Source: Desulfomonilia bacterium (GTDB taxonomy: Bacteria; Desulfobacterota; Desulfomonilia; UBA1062). From it: a stretch of 64,000 nucleotides of DNA. Below, in pieces: positions 28,321-37,308 of this stretch. The translations under genes were made by a program, and so were the position numbers. The notes beneath the pieces are model-generated. The model searched no databases, was not told the origin of the DNA, and saw nothing but the letters and a program-made list of their open reading frames with translations. Every line of letters starts with the position of its first letter. The stretch's first letter is position 1. Where the stretch lies: NCBI GenBank assembly GCA_050014195.1, contig JBEKDT010000002.1, positions 32,001-96,000 of the forward strand, written 5' to 3'.

Positions 28321-28983
28321 ATGATCGAACAGATCAGGAAGGCTATCAACCGAGAGGAGTTTGACTATCAGGTGCTCATGACCTGCCTTAAGGGATACTC
28401 ACGCCCGAGGGACAAAATTACCGATCTTATGAGAAAAAAGCAGATCATTAGGGTCAAGAAGGGTTTGTACATCTTCGGACAGGAATACAGGAAGCGGCCA
28501 TACTCTCGGGAGATTCTTGCTAACCTTATCTATGGTCCCTCGTATATCTCTCTTGAATATGCCCTGTCTTACCATGGTCTGATTCCGGAACGAGTCGAAT
28601 CTCTCACTTCGGTTACAACGGGACGGTCGAGGATATTCACCACACCTGTGGGGCTGTTCACCTACCGCATGATCCCCCTTCCCGCCTTCCAAACAGGTAT
28701 GACCAGAATCGAGCTCGATGATGGAGGGGCGTTCCTCATTGCCACCCGGGAAAAGGCCCTTGTTGATAAAATATTCATTGATCGTGATGCAGAGATGAGA
28801 ACGCTCAAGGGGCTTGAGGAATACTTGTTTGAGAATCTTCGTATCGACCCCGTTCTCTTAGGCAGGCTTGATATCGGCCAAGCCTTCGAGTTTGCAGCGT
28901 GTTACCGGTCGTCCAAGTTACGTGTCCTGGGCAATCTTCTCAGGAAGATCCAGAAACAAGAGAGTGAGGCGGGCTATGCATGA
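28321..28983 (+). CDS. abiEi: Type IV TA antitoxin, AbiEi family
   Basis: IIRVKKGLY, PSYISLEYALSYHGLIPE, IATREKALVD. SD AAGGAGG. Confidence 0.85.
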   Translation: MIEQIRKAINREEFDYQVLMTCLKGYSRPRDKITDLMRKKQIIRVKKGLYIFGQEYRKRPYSREILANLIYGPSYISLEYALSYHGLIPERVESLTSVTTGRSRIFTTPVGLFTYRMIPLPAFQTGMTRIELDDGGAFLIATREKALVDKIFIDRDAEMRTLKGLEEYLFENLRIDPVLLGRLDIGQAFEFAACYRSSKLRVLGNLLRKIQKQESEAGYA

Positions 28984-29842
28984 GGCGGTGACTCAGATGA
29001 TTCAGAAGTACCCGTGTACCAGGCTTGAGGATTATGTCAAGGCACTACGGGAGATCATCCAGGAGATTGCCCTGCTCGGTCTGTGGCGGAGCAAGTTTTT
29101 TGACAAGGCGGCATTCTATGGAGGAACGGCCTTGAGAATTCTCTATGGACTTGACAGATTCTCGGAAGACCTTGACTTCACCCTGCTTGAGCCTATGGGT
29201 GATTTCGATCTCGGTTCTTTCGGTTCATCCCTTGAAAAAGAGCTCCAGGCATTCGGGTTTGATATGCATCTTGAGCAGAAAAACAGGGCTGTTCAACGCC
29301 CTGTGCAATCCGCATTTCTCAAGGCAGAGACCTTTAGCCAGATGCTTGTTATCGAAATTGGTGAAGAGATGCTCCGGGAAATCCCCAAGGGACAATTACT
29401 TAAGATCAAGCTGGAGGTCGATACAGACCCTCCTCCCCATTTTTCCACCGAAACAAAGTACATGCTGGCCCCCATTCCATTTTCCGTGAGGGTGCTTGTA
29501 TTGCCGGATCTGTTCGCAGGGAAGATGCATGCCGTGCTGTGCCGGAGGTGGAAGACCCGGGTAAAGGGAAGAGACTGGTACGACCTTGTATGGTACATAA
29601 CCAACCATCCAGAGCTTCACCTTACACACCTTGAGCAGAGAATGCGGCAGACCGGTGACTGGCATGGCGCAGAAAAACTAACAAGCAAAGCGTTTTACCA
29701 GGCGCTTCATGCAGCTATAGATTCACTCGACATCAACAAGGCACGAAGTGAGGTGTCACCATTTGTGAAGGACCCCGAAGCGCTGTCGATATGGTCGAAG
29801 GAATTCTTCCATGATATTGTGTCTCGGATAAGGCTGGCGTGA
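28976..29842 (+). CDS. abiEii: Type IV TA toxin, AbiEii/DUF1814 nucleotidyltransferase
   Basis: FYGGTALRILYGLDRFSEDLDF, KIKLEVD, GKMHA, KGRDWYD. Start overlaps the antitoxin stop. Confidence 0.9.
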   Translation: MHEAVTQMIQKYPCTRLEDYVKALREIIQEIALLGLWRSKFFDKAAFYGGTALRILYGLDRFSEDLDFTLLEPMGDFDLGSFGSSLEKELQAFGFDMHLEQKNRAVQRPVQSAFLKAETFSQMLVIEIGEEMLREIPKGQLLKIKLEVDTDPPPHFSTETKYMLAPIPFSVRVLVLPDLFAGKMHAVLCRRWKTRVKGRDWYDLVWYITNHPELHLTHLEQRMRQTGDWHGAEKLTSKAFYQALHAAIDSLDINKARSEVSPFVKDPEALSIWSKEFFHDIVSRIRLA

Positions 29843-29959
29843 TGCAAGAAGGATTTTTCTCCATGGCCTAAATTTTCGGATCTGTCTGAAGCAAGATTAA
29901 GCCCAACAGAAATATCTCACAACGATCCGGGAATATTATCATTGATGTTACATAATAAA

Positions 29960-30088
29960 ATGCGGGGGAAATCGCCTACTACGTCGCGCTCATCCTGACC
30001 GCTCCTGCGTAGGCTCCCCTCCGCTCGCTGACGCGGACATCCTGTCCACTTTTCAGCCACCGGCTGCGCTCGCTCCGCTTCGATTCCC
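29960..30088. repeat. GC-rich structured element containing a second, partial tmRNA 3'-end copy
   Basis: Closed by GGGAAATCG (29966-29974) and CGATTCCC (30081-30088), with CGCTC-rich internal repeats. Confidence 0.5.
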
Positions 30089-30103
30089 TATGTCTACACA
30101 AAC

Positions 30104-30135
30104 AAAAAAAGGGTAGTCGCATTGCGACCACCCTT
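30104..30135 (-). terminator. Intrinsic terminator of ssrA
   Basis: AAGGGTGGTCGC-AAT-GCGACTACCCTT stem running into a T7 tract on the minus strand. Confidence 0.85.
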
Positions 30136-30141
30136 CATTCT

Positions 30142-30496
30142 TGGTGGAGGCGGGGGGAATCGAACCCCCGTCCGAAGACCTTCAACCAAAGGCATCTACA
30201 TGCTTAGTCTGTGTATTAAAGTCTCGGACTCGTTCTGCCCACAGACAGGCTTCCCGGTCCCAACCCCTCTTTGTTACCCTGACAGCCCAGGGGTCTGACT
30301 GAAAGGTTTGCCCATCATAATTTGACATCCAAACATGACCCGATGAGCGGGGTCATGCCGGACGGGCTACTCGTTAGGCAGCCATTGCGTAGTTGTAATC
30401 GTCGGCACTTATCGTGTCTCTGCCTGTTTTACGAGTCAGCAGAACTCGGCATGCTCCTCGGGCATCAACTGCCCCCGTCGAACCCATTACGCCCCC
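30142..30496 (-). ncRNA. ssrA: tmRNA
   Basis: 5' GGGGGCG pairs with 3' CGCCTCC-ACCA (G3-U). T-arm GGTTCGATTCCC. Tag reading frame 30406-30374 encodes ADDYNYAMAA*. Confidence 0.97.
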
Positions 30497-30546
30497 GTGG
30501 GTTATTTATATTCAATAGTATCACTGCTTGAATTTGTCAAATCGGC

Positions 30547-31107
30547 TCAGCCAAAGGCATCCTCGATGAGTTCGCACAGGATATGGCCTATAAGGATATG
30601 CGCCTCCTGCACCCTCGGGGTGTCGGCTGATGGAATGCAAAGGGCACAGTCCACCATGTCTTTGATCTTGCCGCCCTCGCCCGTGAGTCCGATAGTTGTG
30701 ATTTCCATAGTGCGGGCAGTCTCTATGGCCCTGATCACATCTTTTGAATTGCCGCTTGTGGATATACCCACAAAGAGGTCCCCTGCCCTGCCGAGGGCCA
30801 TGAGCTGTTTAGCAAATATCTCATCAAAGGCATAGTCATTTCCAATGGAAGTGATTACCGATGTATCGGTGGTAAGTGCGAGTCCTGCAAGAGGCTTACG
30901 TTCTTTTTTAAACCTGTTTACCAGCTCTGCTGCAAGATGCTGAGCATCAGCCGCCGAACCTCCGTTCCCTGCAAACATTGCCTTGCCGCCCGCCTCGATA
31001 CATTCGATCATCATGCGGGCAGCCTGTGCAATCTTAGGGCCAAGCGACTTAAGCCGCCCATGGAGTTCCTGGCTCTCGAGAAAAATAGAATAGATCTTAT
31101 CTTCCAT
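30547..31107 (-). CDS. gmhA: Phosphoheptose isomerase
   Basis: GNGGSAADAQHLAAE, GNDY, ISTSGNS, PRVQEAH. Confidence 0.95.
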   Translation of the reverse strand: MEDKIYSIFLESQELHGRLKSLGPKIAQAARMMIECIEAGGKAMFAGNGGSAADAQHLAAELVNRFKKERKPLAGLALTTDTSVITSIGNDYAFDEIFAKQLMALGRAGDLFVGISTSGNSKDVIRAIETARTMEITTIGLTGEGGKIKDMVDCALCIPSADTPRVQEAHILIGHILCELIEDAFG

Positions 31108-31340
31108 GGTTAATCCTCAGGCTTTGGTAATTACTTGTATCATAATATGTGAGAAAGGCCCTTACCACAAGGATCAAAATACCATGCAAGCATTGGGGGT
31201 ACCTCTTAAATATTTAACACTCCGAAATGAGGAGGATGCTTTCTCTTCTGTAATTTATGCAAAATCGGGGATCTCTTGATTTGAGCAATTATAGAAAGAA
31301 AGAGTTATAGGCTGTATGCTATCTTGAAAAGTGAGTGCTG

Positions 31341-31613
31341 CTATACCCTGAAGTGGCCGTCTCTTTGTGAGTAGTCTAAAAGAAATTCCCTGCGATGTGC
31401 TTTAAAGAAACTCACGAATTCTTTATTGTATTCCTCCAGGCTTCCAAAGCTCCTGAACATCTCATCGAGGTCGCACTCACTGACCATTCTGTTTATGTCG
31501 GGATCAAATTGTAGTTCTTCATTGGTGATGATTGAAAGTTCAACACCTTGGAACGGATTAAGCGTTATCCGCCTCCAGTATTTCCTGAGCACATGTAACA
31601 TCCATGTAAACAT
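31341..31613 (-). CDS. Hypothetical protein
   Basis: 90-aa ORF filling the intergenic space, preceded by a sigma28-like promoter. Confidence 0.5.
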   Translation of the reverse strand: MFTWMLHVLRKYWRRITLNPFQGVELSIITNEELQFDPDINRMVSECDLDEMFRSFGSLEEYNKEFVSFFKAHRREFLLDYSQRDGHFRV

Positions 31614-31651
31614 GTTTTAATCCCTGCCGGATACATATTCTGATAAGTGAC

Positions 31652-31720
31652 TTATCGGCCTTGAGGACTAAACCTTGAGCGTACCCTCTCCGTAAAGAAT
31701 CAAGGCCCCTGTGCCGATAG
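31652..31720. promoter_or_regulatory. Divergent sigma28 (FliA)-like promoters
   Basis: Minus: TCAA-N15-GCCGATAA (31678-31652). Plus: TAAA-N16-GCCGATAG (31693-31720). Confidence 0.6.
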
Positions 31721-31730
31721 GGCAATTGAC

Positions 31731-32051
31731 ATGAAAGGCTCTATAAAAGACCTCTTGCAGATACCAGGTGTGCAAGGCTATATTATAGGACAAGGGAAAG
31801 GTATGCAGATCAAGCTGCCTGGAAAACACAAATTTTCAGGGGCGAAAGACAGACTCATGATCCTCTATAAGGACCTCATAAGTGACAACGACCGCCCCGG
31901 CAATACCGTAGAAATTCTCTTGGATGATGTGCTTCTTACGGTCTTCCTCTCGGGCAGCACCATGCTGATGGTTCTATCGAGCCTGAGGGTTAACCAGGCT
32001 TTGCTTAGGATGACCGGCAAGCTAATTATTGCGAATATGAGCAAGGAGTAG
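31731..32051 (+). CDS. Roadblock/LC7 (MglB-like) protein
   Basis: 106 aa. LLQIPGVQGYII N-terminus, beta-rich middle, VNQALLRM C-terminal helix. Confidence 0.6.
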   Translation: MKGSIKDLLQIPGVQGYIIGQGKGMQIKLPGKHKFSGAKDRLMILYKDLISDNDRPGNTVEILLDDVLLTVFLSGSTMLMVLSSLRVNQALLRMTGKLIIANMSKE

Positions 32052-32055
32052 CAGT

Positions 32056-32862
32056 ATGAAGCAGGATATCAGCGGCGATCTTCAGAACACCAGGTGCCCG
32101 GAGATCATCAAGATCCTCTCCTTGGGCAAACGGACAGGGAGGCTCTACCTCACCAACGGATCCGAAGCCGGCAATATCTATTTCACAGACGGCGAGGTCA
32201 TCCATGCCCAGTGCGGCTCCTTAAACGGCATTAAGGCCGTCCAGGAGATTGCAGTCTGGAACTCCGGCGAATATCGCTTCTTCGTTGATGAACCTGCAGA
32301 CATGCAAACCGTAATCATGGGCATAGATGAGGTCCTCACGGAGACTACAAACCATCTGCGCCAGATGGACAAGATCACCTCCCTCATCACGTCCTCATCT
32401 GCCGTTTATGCACTGGAGCCGGAAATCAGGGATAAGGAGATCCAGCTCAAGTCCATTCAGTGGAGGGTGTTGAGTACGATAGACGGTAAAAAATCCATTG
32501 CAGACATAGCACAGAGCATAAACATCGGGGTCTCTGACACCATGAAGATACTTTACACCTTGCTTCGGATGGGGTTACTCCGTGATGCAGTCCAGCAGGA
32601 TGCCAATGCGCAGCGCCGTTCGGTAGATCTTCCCCAGACCGACTTCATCAATTCCCTCAAACAAGCCCTCACTCAGGCTATGGGCCCCATAGCACCCCAT
32701 ATCATTGTAGAGACGGCCGACGAGCTGAAGGCGGATCTCCTCTCCGACAGCACCGATCAGAAGGCATTCCTCATTGAGACGCTGTCCAGCAAAATACCTA
32801 ATGAGAGAATGTCGTTGAAATTCTTAGATGCCATGACTGACTGGCTCAAAGCGGAGGTTTGA
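32056..32862 (+). CDS. DUF4388 (PATAN-like) domain protein with wHTH and GPIA-type C-terminal domain
   Basis: SGDL..PEIIKILSLGKRTGRL..GNIYFTDGEVIHA..WNSGEYRF; VLSTIDGKKSIADIA; LTQAMGPIA. Confidence 0.82.
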   Translation: MKQDISGDLQNTRCPEIIKILSLGKRTGRLYLTNGSEAGNIYFTDGEVIHAQCGSLNGIKAVQEIAVWNSGEYRFFVDEPADMQTVIMGIDEVLTETTNHLRQMDKITSLITSSSAVYALEPEIRDKEIQLKSIQWRVLSTIDGKKSIADIAQSINIGVSDTMKILYTLLRMGLLRDAVQQDANAQRRSVDLPQTDFINSLKQALTQAMGPIAPHIIVETADELKADLLSDSTDQKAFLIETLSSKIPNERMSLKFLDAMTDWLKAEV

Positions 32863-32868
32863 TCTCCC

Positions 32869-33618
32869 ATGAAGATAAAGGTATTTTTAATTGTATGTAT
32901 CGGCGCCGTAGTGATGTTGACCGTGTCATCCATTCTTGTCTACTCCCAGTTGCATGCCGTAAAGGGTGTAAATATGGCCCCACTGGCTGACTCTCTCTAT
33001 AAACAGGATTCCAAGGTGCTGACATGGATACTGTCCACGATTCCCCTTGAGAAGATTGAAACCTTGAAGCTGCCCGAATCTTGGGCTGAAATCTCTGTGG
33101 TGAATAACGGCGATCTCAAGCTCACCACCTCCACAAATCCGGCCCATAAAGGAATCGCCCTGTATAGCCATCCACAGCTTCTGGATCAGGGTTCGGGAAT
33201 AGTAAATGCAATTAAGTCGAAGAACCCGTCAATCTTGAGCCTCAAAGATTATATGGTAGTAATAGAACCCCTCAATGCCGAACAGTCCCTTATCGCCCTG
33301 AAGCCGAAGTCATGGGAAAACGGCCTGGTCTCGGAGTATGAAAGTCGTCTCAAGGAAACCACTTCAGGCTTCTATACGATGCTCGGCATCTTCTTAATCA
33401 TCGGAGTCTGCATAACAGTCTTCATAGCCTTTATAATCACCAGGATCGTTGTAGCACCGACTGACAATGCCCTCGATGCATTCGAGGCCTTGAGCCTGGG
33501 GGACTTCGACCATGGAATCAAGGACGTAAAAGGCAAGGAGATGGAGGCGTTCACAGAGTCGTATCTCCGGCTGAAAACATCTTTGGAAATGGCTCTCGAA
33601 AGGATATCGAGGAGATAG
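32869..33618 (+). CDS. Membrane sensor-like protein: TM-periplasmic (Cache-like)-TM-HAMP, no output domain
   Basis: Two TM helices. HAMP (VAPT..LDAFEALSLGDFD..KEMEAFTESYLRL) ends the protein. Confidence 0.78.
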   Translation: MKIKVFLIVCIGAVVMLTVSSILVYSQLHAVKGVNMAPLADSLYKQDSKVLTWILSTIPLEKIETLKLPESWAEISVVNNGDLKLTTSTNPAHKGIALYSHPQLLDQGSGIVNAIKSKNPSILSLKDYMVVIEPLNAEQSLIALKPKSWENGLVSEYESRLKETTSGFYTMLGIFLIIGVCITVFIAFIITRIVVAPTDNALDAFEALSLGDFDHGIKDVKGKEMEAFTESYLRLKTSLEMALERISRR

Positions 33619-33619
33619 C

Positions 33620-34690
33620 ATGCCCAAGCAGGTGCTCATCGTAGACGACGAAGAAACCCTGACCTGGTCACTTGCAAAATCGCTCTCACATGACCGTGAG
33701 ACCTATGAGGTGACTACCGTCAATGACGGCGAGACCGCGCTTGCCACCTTTGAAGATCAAACATTCGACGTTGTGGTGCTCGACATCAGGCTTCCCGGCA
33801 TAAGCGGTCTTGATGTGCTGGTGAAGATCAAGGAAAAGAAGCCTGCAACAAAGGTCATCATCATGACTGCCTATGGGTCTATTGATGTTAAGGAAAAGGC
33901 AAGGGCACGAGGGTCCTTGTTTTACATCGAGAAGCCCTTTGAGATCGAGCAAATGAGAGGGCTCATCCTTAAGGCCCTCAAAGAAGACGCTGCACGAGGG
34001 TTTGCAGGCAGCATCACCGGCCTGCAGCTCCCCGACCTTATCCAGATGAACTGCCTGAGCCAGATGACAACTGCCTTATTCGTGAATAAAGACGAGCGCA
34101 AAGGCTGCATCTATTTCGAAGACGGCCAGATCACCCATGCAGAGGTCGGAGCCATCGATGGTGAGGAAGCACTCTTCACTATCCTGTCTTGGTCCACAGG
34201 GAGCTTTAAGTTCATGGGCGGCATGAAGGCCCCCAGAAACACTATCGCAACAAACTGGGAATACCTCCTCATCGAGGGTATGCGCCGTGCCGACGAGATG
34301 AGTCTCGCCTTGGAACGTGGAGAAATAGAGGACAGCGACTTCGCACCAGTGGATGAATCTACGCGTGCGCTCGTGAAAAATCTCTCCTCTTTGAATGAGT
34401 GCACCGGCATCGCTATAGTAAAATCCGCTCAGGAAATCCTCTACCAGAGCGGCAACATATCAAAAGAGGTTAATTTATCTTTTGTAGCGAAGTTCTATAT
34501 GAATCTCCCCGAGGCACTGGGTGACCTCAGCCCCAACAGACCAAAGAAGGTGACCTTTATCGATCAGGGCAGGCTTGTATTGCTGTTCCCCTTCAAGATC
34601 TTCGTCCTGATCCTGCTCATCAACAGGTCCGTAATCTCGCAGGAGACCTCATCGGCCATAGAAAGGCTGATCGCACGGTATGAGGTTTAA
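33620..34690 (+). CDS. Response regulator: REC + DUF4388 + roadblock-like C-terminus
   Basis: LIVDDE, LDIRLPG, MTAYG, KPF; then GSITGLQLPDLIQM..GCIYFEDGQITHA..EYLLIEGMRRADE. Confidence 0.85.
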   Translation: MPKQVLIVDDEETLTWSLAKSLSHDRETYEVTTVNDGETALATFEDQTFDVVVLDIRLPGISGLDVLVKIKEKKPATKVIIMTAYGSIDVKEKARARGSLFYIEKPFEIEQMRGLILKALKEDAARGFAGSITGLQLPDLIQMNCLSQMTTALFVNKDERKGCIYFEDGQITHAEVGAIDGEEALFTILSWSTGSFKFMGGMKAPRNTIATNWEYLLIEGMRRADEMSLALERGEIEDSDFAPVDESTRALVKNLSSLNECTGIAIVKSAQEILYQSGNISKEVNLSFVAKFYMNLPEALGDLSPNRPKKVTFIDQGRLVLLFPFKIFVLILLINRSVISQETSSAIERLIARYEV

Positions 34691-35206
34691 GGTCTCAAGT
34701 CCTTCCAGATCTCCATTACAATTCTTCGCTATGATCTCCTCGATGTGCAGGCATGTCTGATGATGCATCAATATCCGTTCACGTCTTGAATCGTCCGTGC
34801 CGTATCTGTCCATGAGATCCAAAAATCTCCGCGTGAGAGAGACGACCCTGTCATGCATCACCCGCTTATCAGCGTAGTTGACAACCATGGCTTCGTCCAG
34901 ATCATATGAATCAAGCCTGACATGCTGGGCCACCACCTCACCTACACGGTAGAAGCCCTCGGCACACAAGAGTTCTTTGGCTATAAGCGCATGATCTTTG
35001 ATGGTCCCGATGCATTCCATCTTGCATATGTCATGGAGCAGCGATGCCCTATCCACAAGGTAAAGGTCTATTTCATGGCCGGATGTATTAAGCCGGCTTC
35101 CGATAACAAGGGCCACACGTCTCACCATGAGAGAATGACGAAGTACATGATCCGGCATACGACATGCTTCGATGATCCTCCACGCTTCATCATATGAGGG
35201 AATCAC
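34649..35206 (-). CDS. HD-domain phosphohydrolase
   Basis: RHSLMV, LLHDICK, DHA, QHV, YADKRV. Confidence 0.85.
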   Translation of the reverse strand: MIPSYDEAWRIIEACRMPDHVLRHSLMVRRVALVIGSRLNTSGHEIDLYLVDRASLLHDICKMECIGTIKDHALIAKELLCAEGFYRVGEVVAQHVRLDSYDLDEAMVVNYADKRVMHDRVVSLTRRFLDLMDRYGTDDSRRERILMHHQTCLHIEEIIAKNCNGDLEGLETLNLIPCDQPFYGR

Positions 35207-37308
35207 TTTGAAGTTGTCCCCGTTGTAGGAGTGTTTGCATTAAAGACATCACCTATACCGAGGAGTTTCACATTCAATGACCATGTGGTCTTCCTGGGCA
35301 TCAGATTCTGGCTTAGCTCAACACGCCTTTCAGCTACAATGGCCCAGCACTGCGAGTTATAACTTAAGGCCTGTGTCTGGTCATCAATCTGATGGTTAAC
35401 AGAGTCGTACTTCACATCATACCCGGCAGTAAGACCCTGAACCAGTTTTGCATGAATTCCTGAGGTGATGAGCTCTTCAGCCGGATTATTATATTCTTCA
35501 CCGAAGGAAAACGTATCGCCCCGCGTATCAGTGAACGTGATTGCCGATGAGTGCTCTGAAGTAGCAAAAGGCCTGCCCGGCTCCTTGCTCAATGTATCGA
35601 TATGGGATGCGGTCAGCCATGGGAAGGGATGGAGGTTTATTCTGACATCGATCTCGTTCCATTGCTTCTCGATATGGCTGTAATAGCTGTCCACGGTCAC
35701 ATCCGCCAAGGACAGGCCGTCCTTGTTTCTGATGTAGTTGGACAAGCTTAAGACCGTGTTGTATGTTTTAGCCAGGTCATCACCTGTCAGGAGCTGAGGG
35801 AATGTATCACCAGGGTTATTCGCATTATAATTGCCCCCCAAACGCGACAGGTATACCAGAGAGATCTGGGGTATAACCTGATGATATAAGCCGCTGCCGA
35901 ACCTTGAGCTGTAGAATGTTGTAGATAGTGAAGCCCCCCTCTCCTCCCAGTTCTCGGCATATGTTGAATCGCTGAAAAGGTCTTTTCTCTCGGAGAATAC
36001 CGTATCGCGATAGGTTTCCTTCATATACGGCCTGAAGGTAAAATAGGGGAATACATAGAAAGGCCATGATACTTCAATCTGGCCGTTGTCCTTGCGGGCC
36101 TCTATCGAATCCTGTGTGTAGAGGCTTACGGATGTGAACTCTGCTGAGGTCTGCAGCGGAGTATCTGGTATGGCCCGTTCCCTCATCCTTGCCGTCAATC
36201 TGGGCAGCTCCTGGAGGGTTTTGCCGTTGTCATCCTGGGTCAAATCCTGTTTCCATTGACCCGATAAGGCAAGTGAAATTCCTTGATAAGAATTCACCCA
36301 CTGGACACGGGAAATAAGCACATCCAGTTTCGAATCATCGAGCTGATTAATCTCACCGGAAGATGTCCCCGGGTTTATGAATTTAGAATCGTAAAATGTC
36401 CCGATATCCCTGAAGTAGTCTGGATTGCTTACGAGATTAATATCCCAGTTCAAAAACTTCCCGCTCTGTTCTGACTTGAAAAACCACCTGTCATCCGGTA
36501 TCGTTTTAAGGACACCTCCATCACTTTTTTCTCCTCCCAGTCTGTCATGAAGGGTCTCCAGATACATGATACCGTTCTGATCATAGTCGAGACTGTACCT
36601 CAATTCGTTTTTCATGAGCAGGCCGCGCGTAGAGAGCCATGTCGGGGTAATGGTGGCATCAAGTGACCTGCCAAGCACGATATATACAGGGACGCCGAAG
36701 CGATAGCCGTAATCGGAACCATGGCCCATCTCGGAGAAAAGCAGGCCGGAGTGGCGGTTAAGCTCGGCAGGGAATAACAGGTACGGGCTCTTGAACAAGG
36801 TCCATTCGTGGACCTTGAACCGTGCATCCTTCGCATCTCCATATCCCCCCACGGGTATATCGAGCTCATCCGCATCAATGGACCAGTCAGGCGGGCTCCC
36901 AAGACAATTTGTATACTCAACGGATCGTCCGGTAATGTAATCGTCGCTATAACGGGTAATGGACTCTCCGGAGATCTTCACAGCCGGCTTATAACCGAGT
37001 ATTGACCCATTTTGAACATGCAGGTCTTTTCTCTTGGCATTATAAGACAGGGCTTCCGAATTGACCTCGCCCTTTGCCTCCTTCAGGTTGCAATTACCCG
37101 TGGCCCAGATGTCCTCACTTACGGTATCATAGACAACATAATCGGCCTTTAAAGTGAGATCATCGCCTGTAACCACCACGTTCCCATAGGCCTCGATGCG
37201 TGGACCGGTCCTGAACATCTCATCAGCCTCTACGTCAAGCATCTTGGCATAAGCGAGCCCATAAAGAGAAAACAAGATTAGGGCAATCAGGAAGACCAGC
37301 CTCTGCAT
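35203..37308 (-). CDS. lptD: LPS-assembly protein LptD
   Basis: Signal peptide, OstA-like N-domain (AYGNV..LKADYVVYD), YTNC...PDW, RHSGLL, beta-barrel ending YNSQCW. Confidence 0.85.
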   Translation of the reverse strand: MQRLVFLIALILFSLYGLAYAKMLDVEADEMFRTGPRIEAYGNVVVTGDDLTLKADYVVYDTVSEDIWATGNCNLKEAKGEVNSEALSYNAKRKDLHVQNGSILGYKPAVKISGESITRYSDDYITGRSVEYTNCLGSPPDWSIDADELDIPVGGYGDAKDARFKVHEWTLFKSPYLLFPAELNRHSGLLFSEMGHGSDYGYRFGVPVYIVLGRSLDATITPTWLSTRGLLMKNELRYSLDYDQNGIMYLETLHDRLGGEKSDGGVLKTIPDDRWFFKSEQSGKFLNWDINLVSNPDYFRDIGTFYDSKFINPGTSSGEINQLDDSKLDVLISRVQWVNSYQGISLALSGQWKQDLTQDDNGKTLQELPRLTARMRERAIPDTPLQTSAEFTSVSLYTQDSIEARKDNGQIEVSWPFYVFPYFTFRPYMKETYRDTVFSERKDLFSDSTYAENWEERGASLSTTFYSSRFGSGLYHQVIPQISLVYLSRLGGNYNANNPGDTFPQLLTGDDLAKTYNTVLSLSNYIRNKDGLSLADVTVDSYYSHIEKQWNEIDVRINLHPFPWLTASHIDTLSKEPGRPFATSEHSSAITFTDTRGDTFSFGEEYNNPAEELITSGIHAKLVQGLTAGYDVKYDSVNHQIDDQTQALSYNSQCWAIVAERRVELSQNLMPRKTTWSLNVKLLGIGDVFNANTPTTGTTSK

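Larger units (their letters stand above)
27940..30171. mobile_element. ssrA-anchored islet carrying an AbiE toxin-antitoxin module (no integrase)
   Basis: Bounded by the tmRNA 3' end and its copy. An exact 15-bp direct repeat (27946-27960 / 29960-29974) flanks abiEi-abiEii. Confidence 0.65.
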
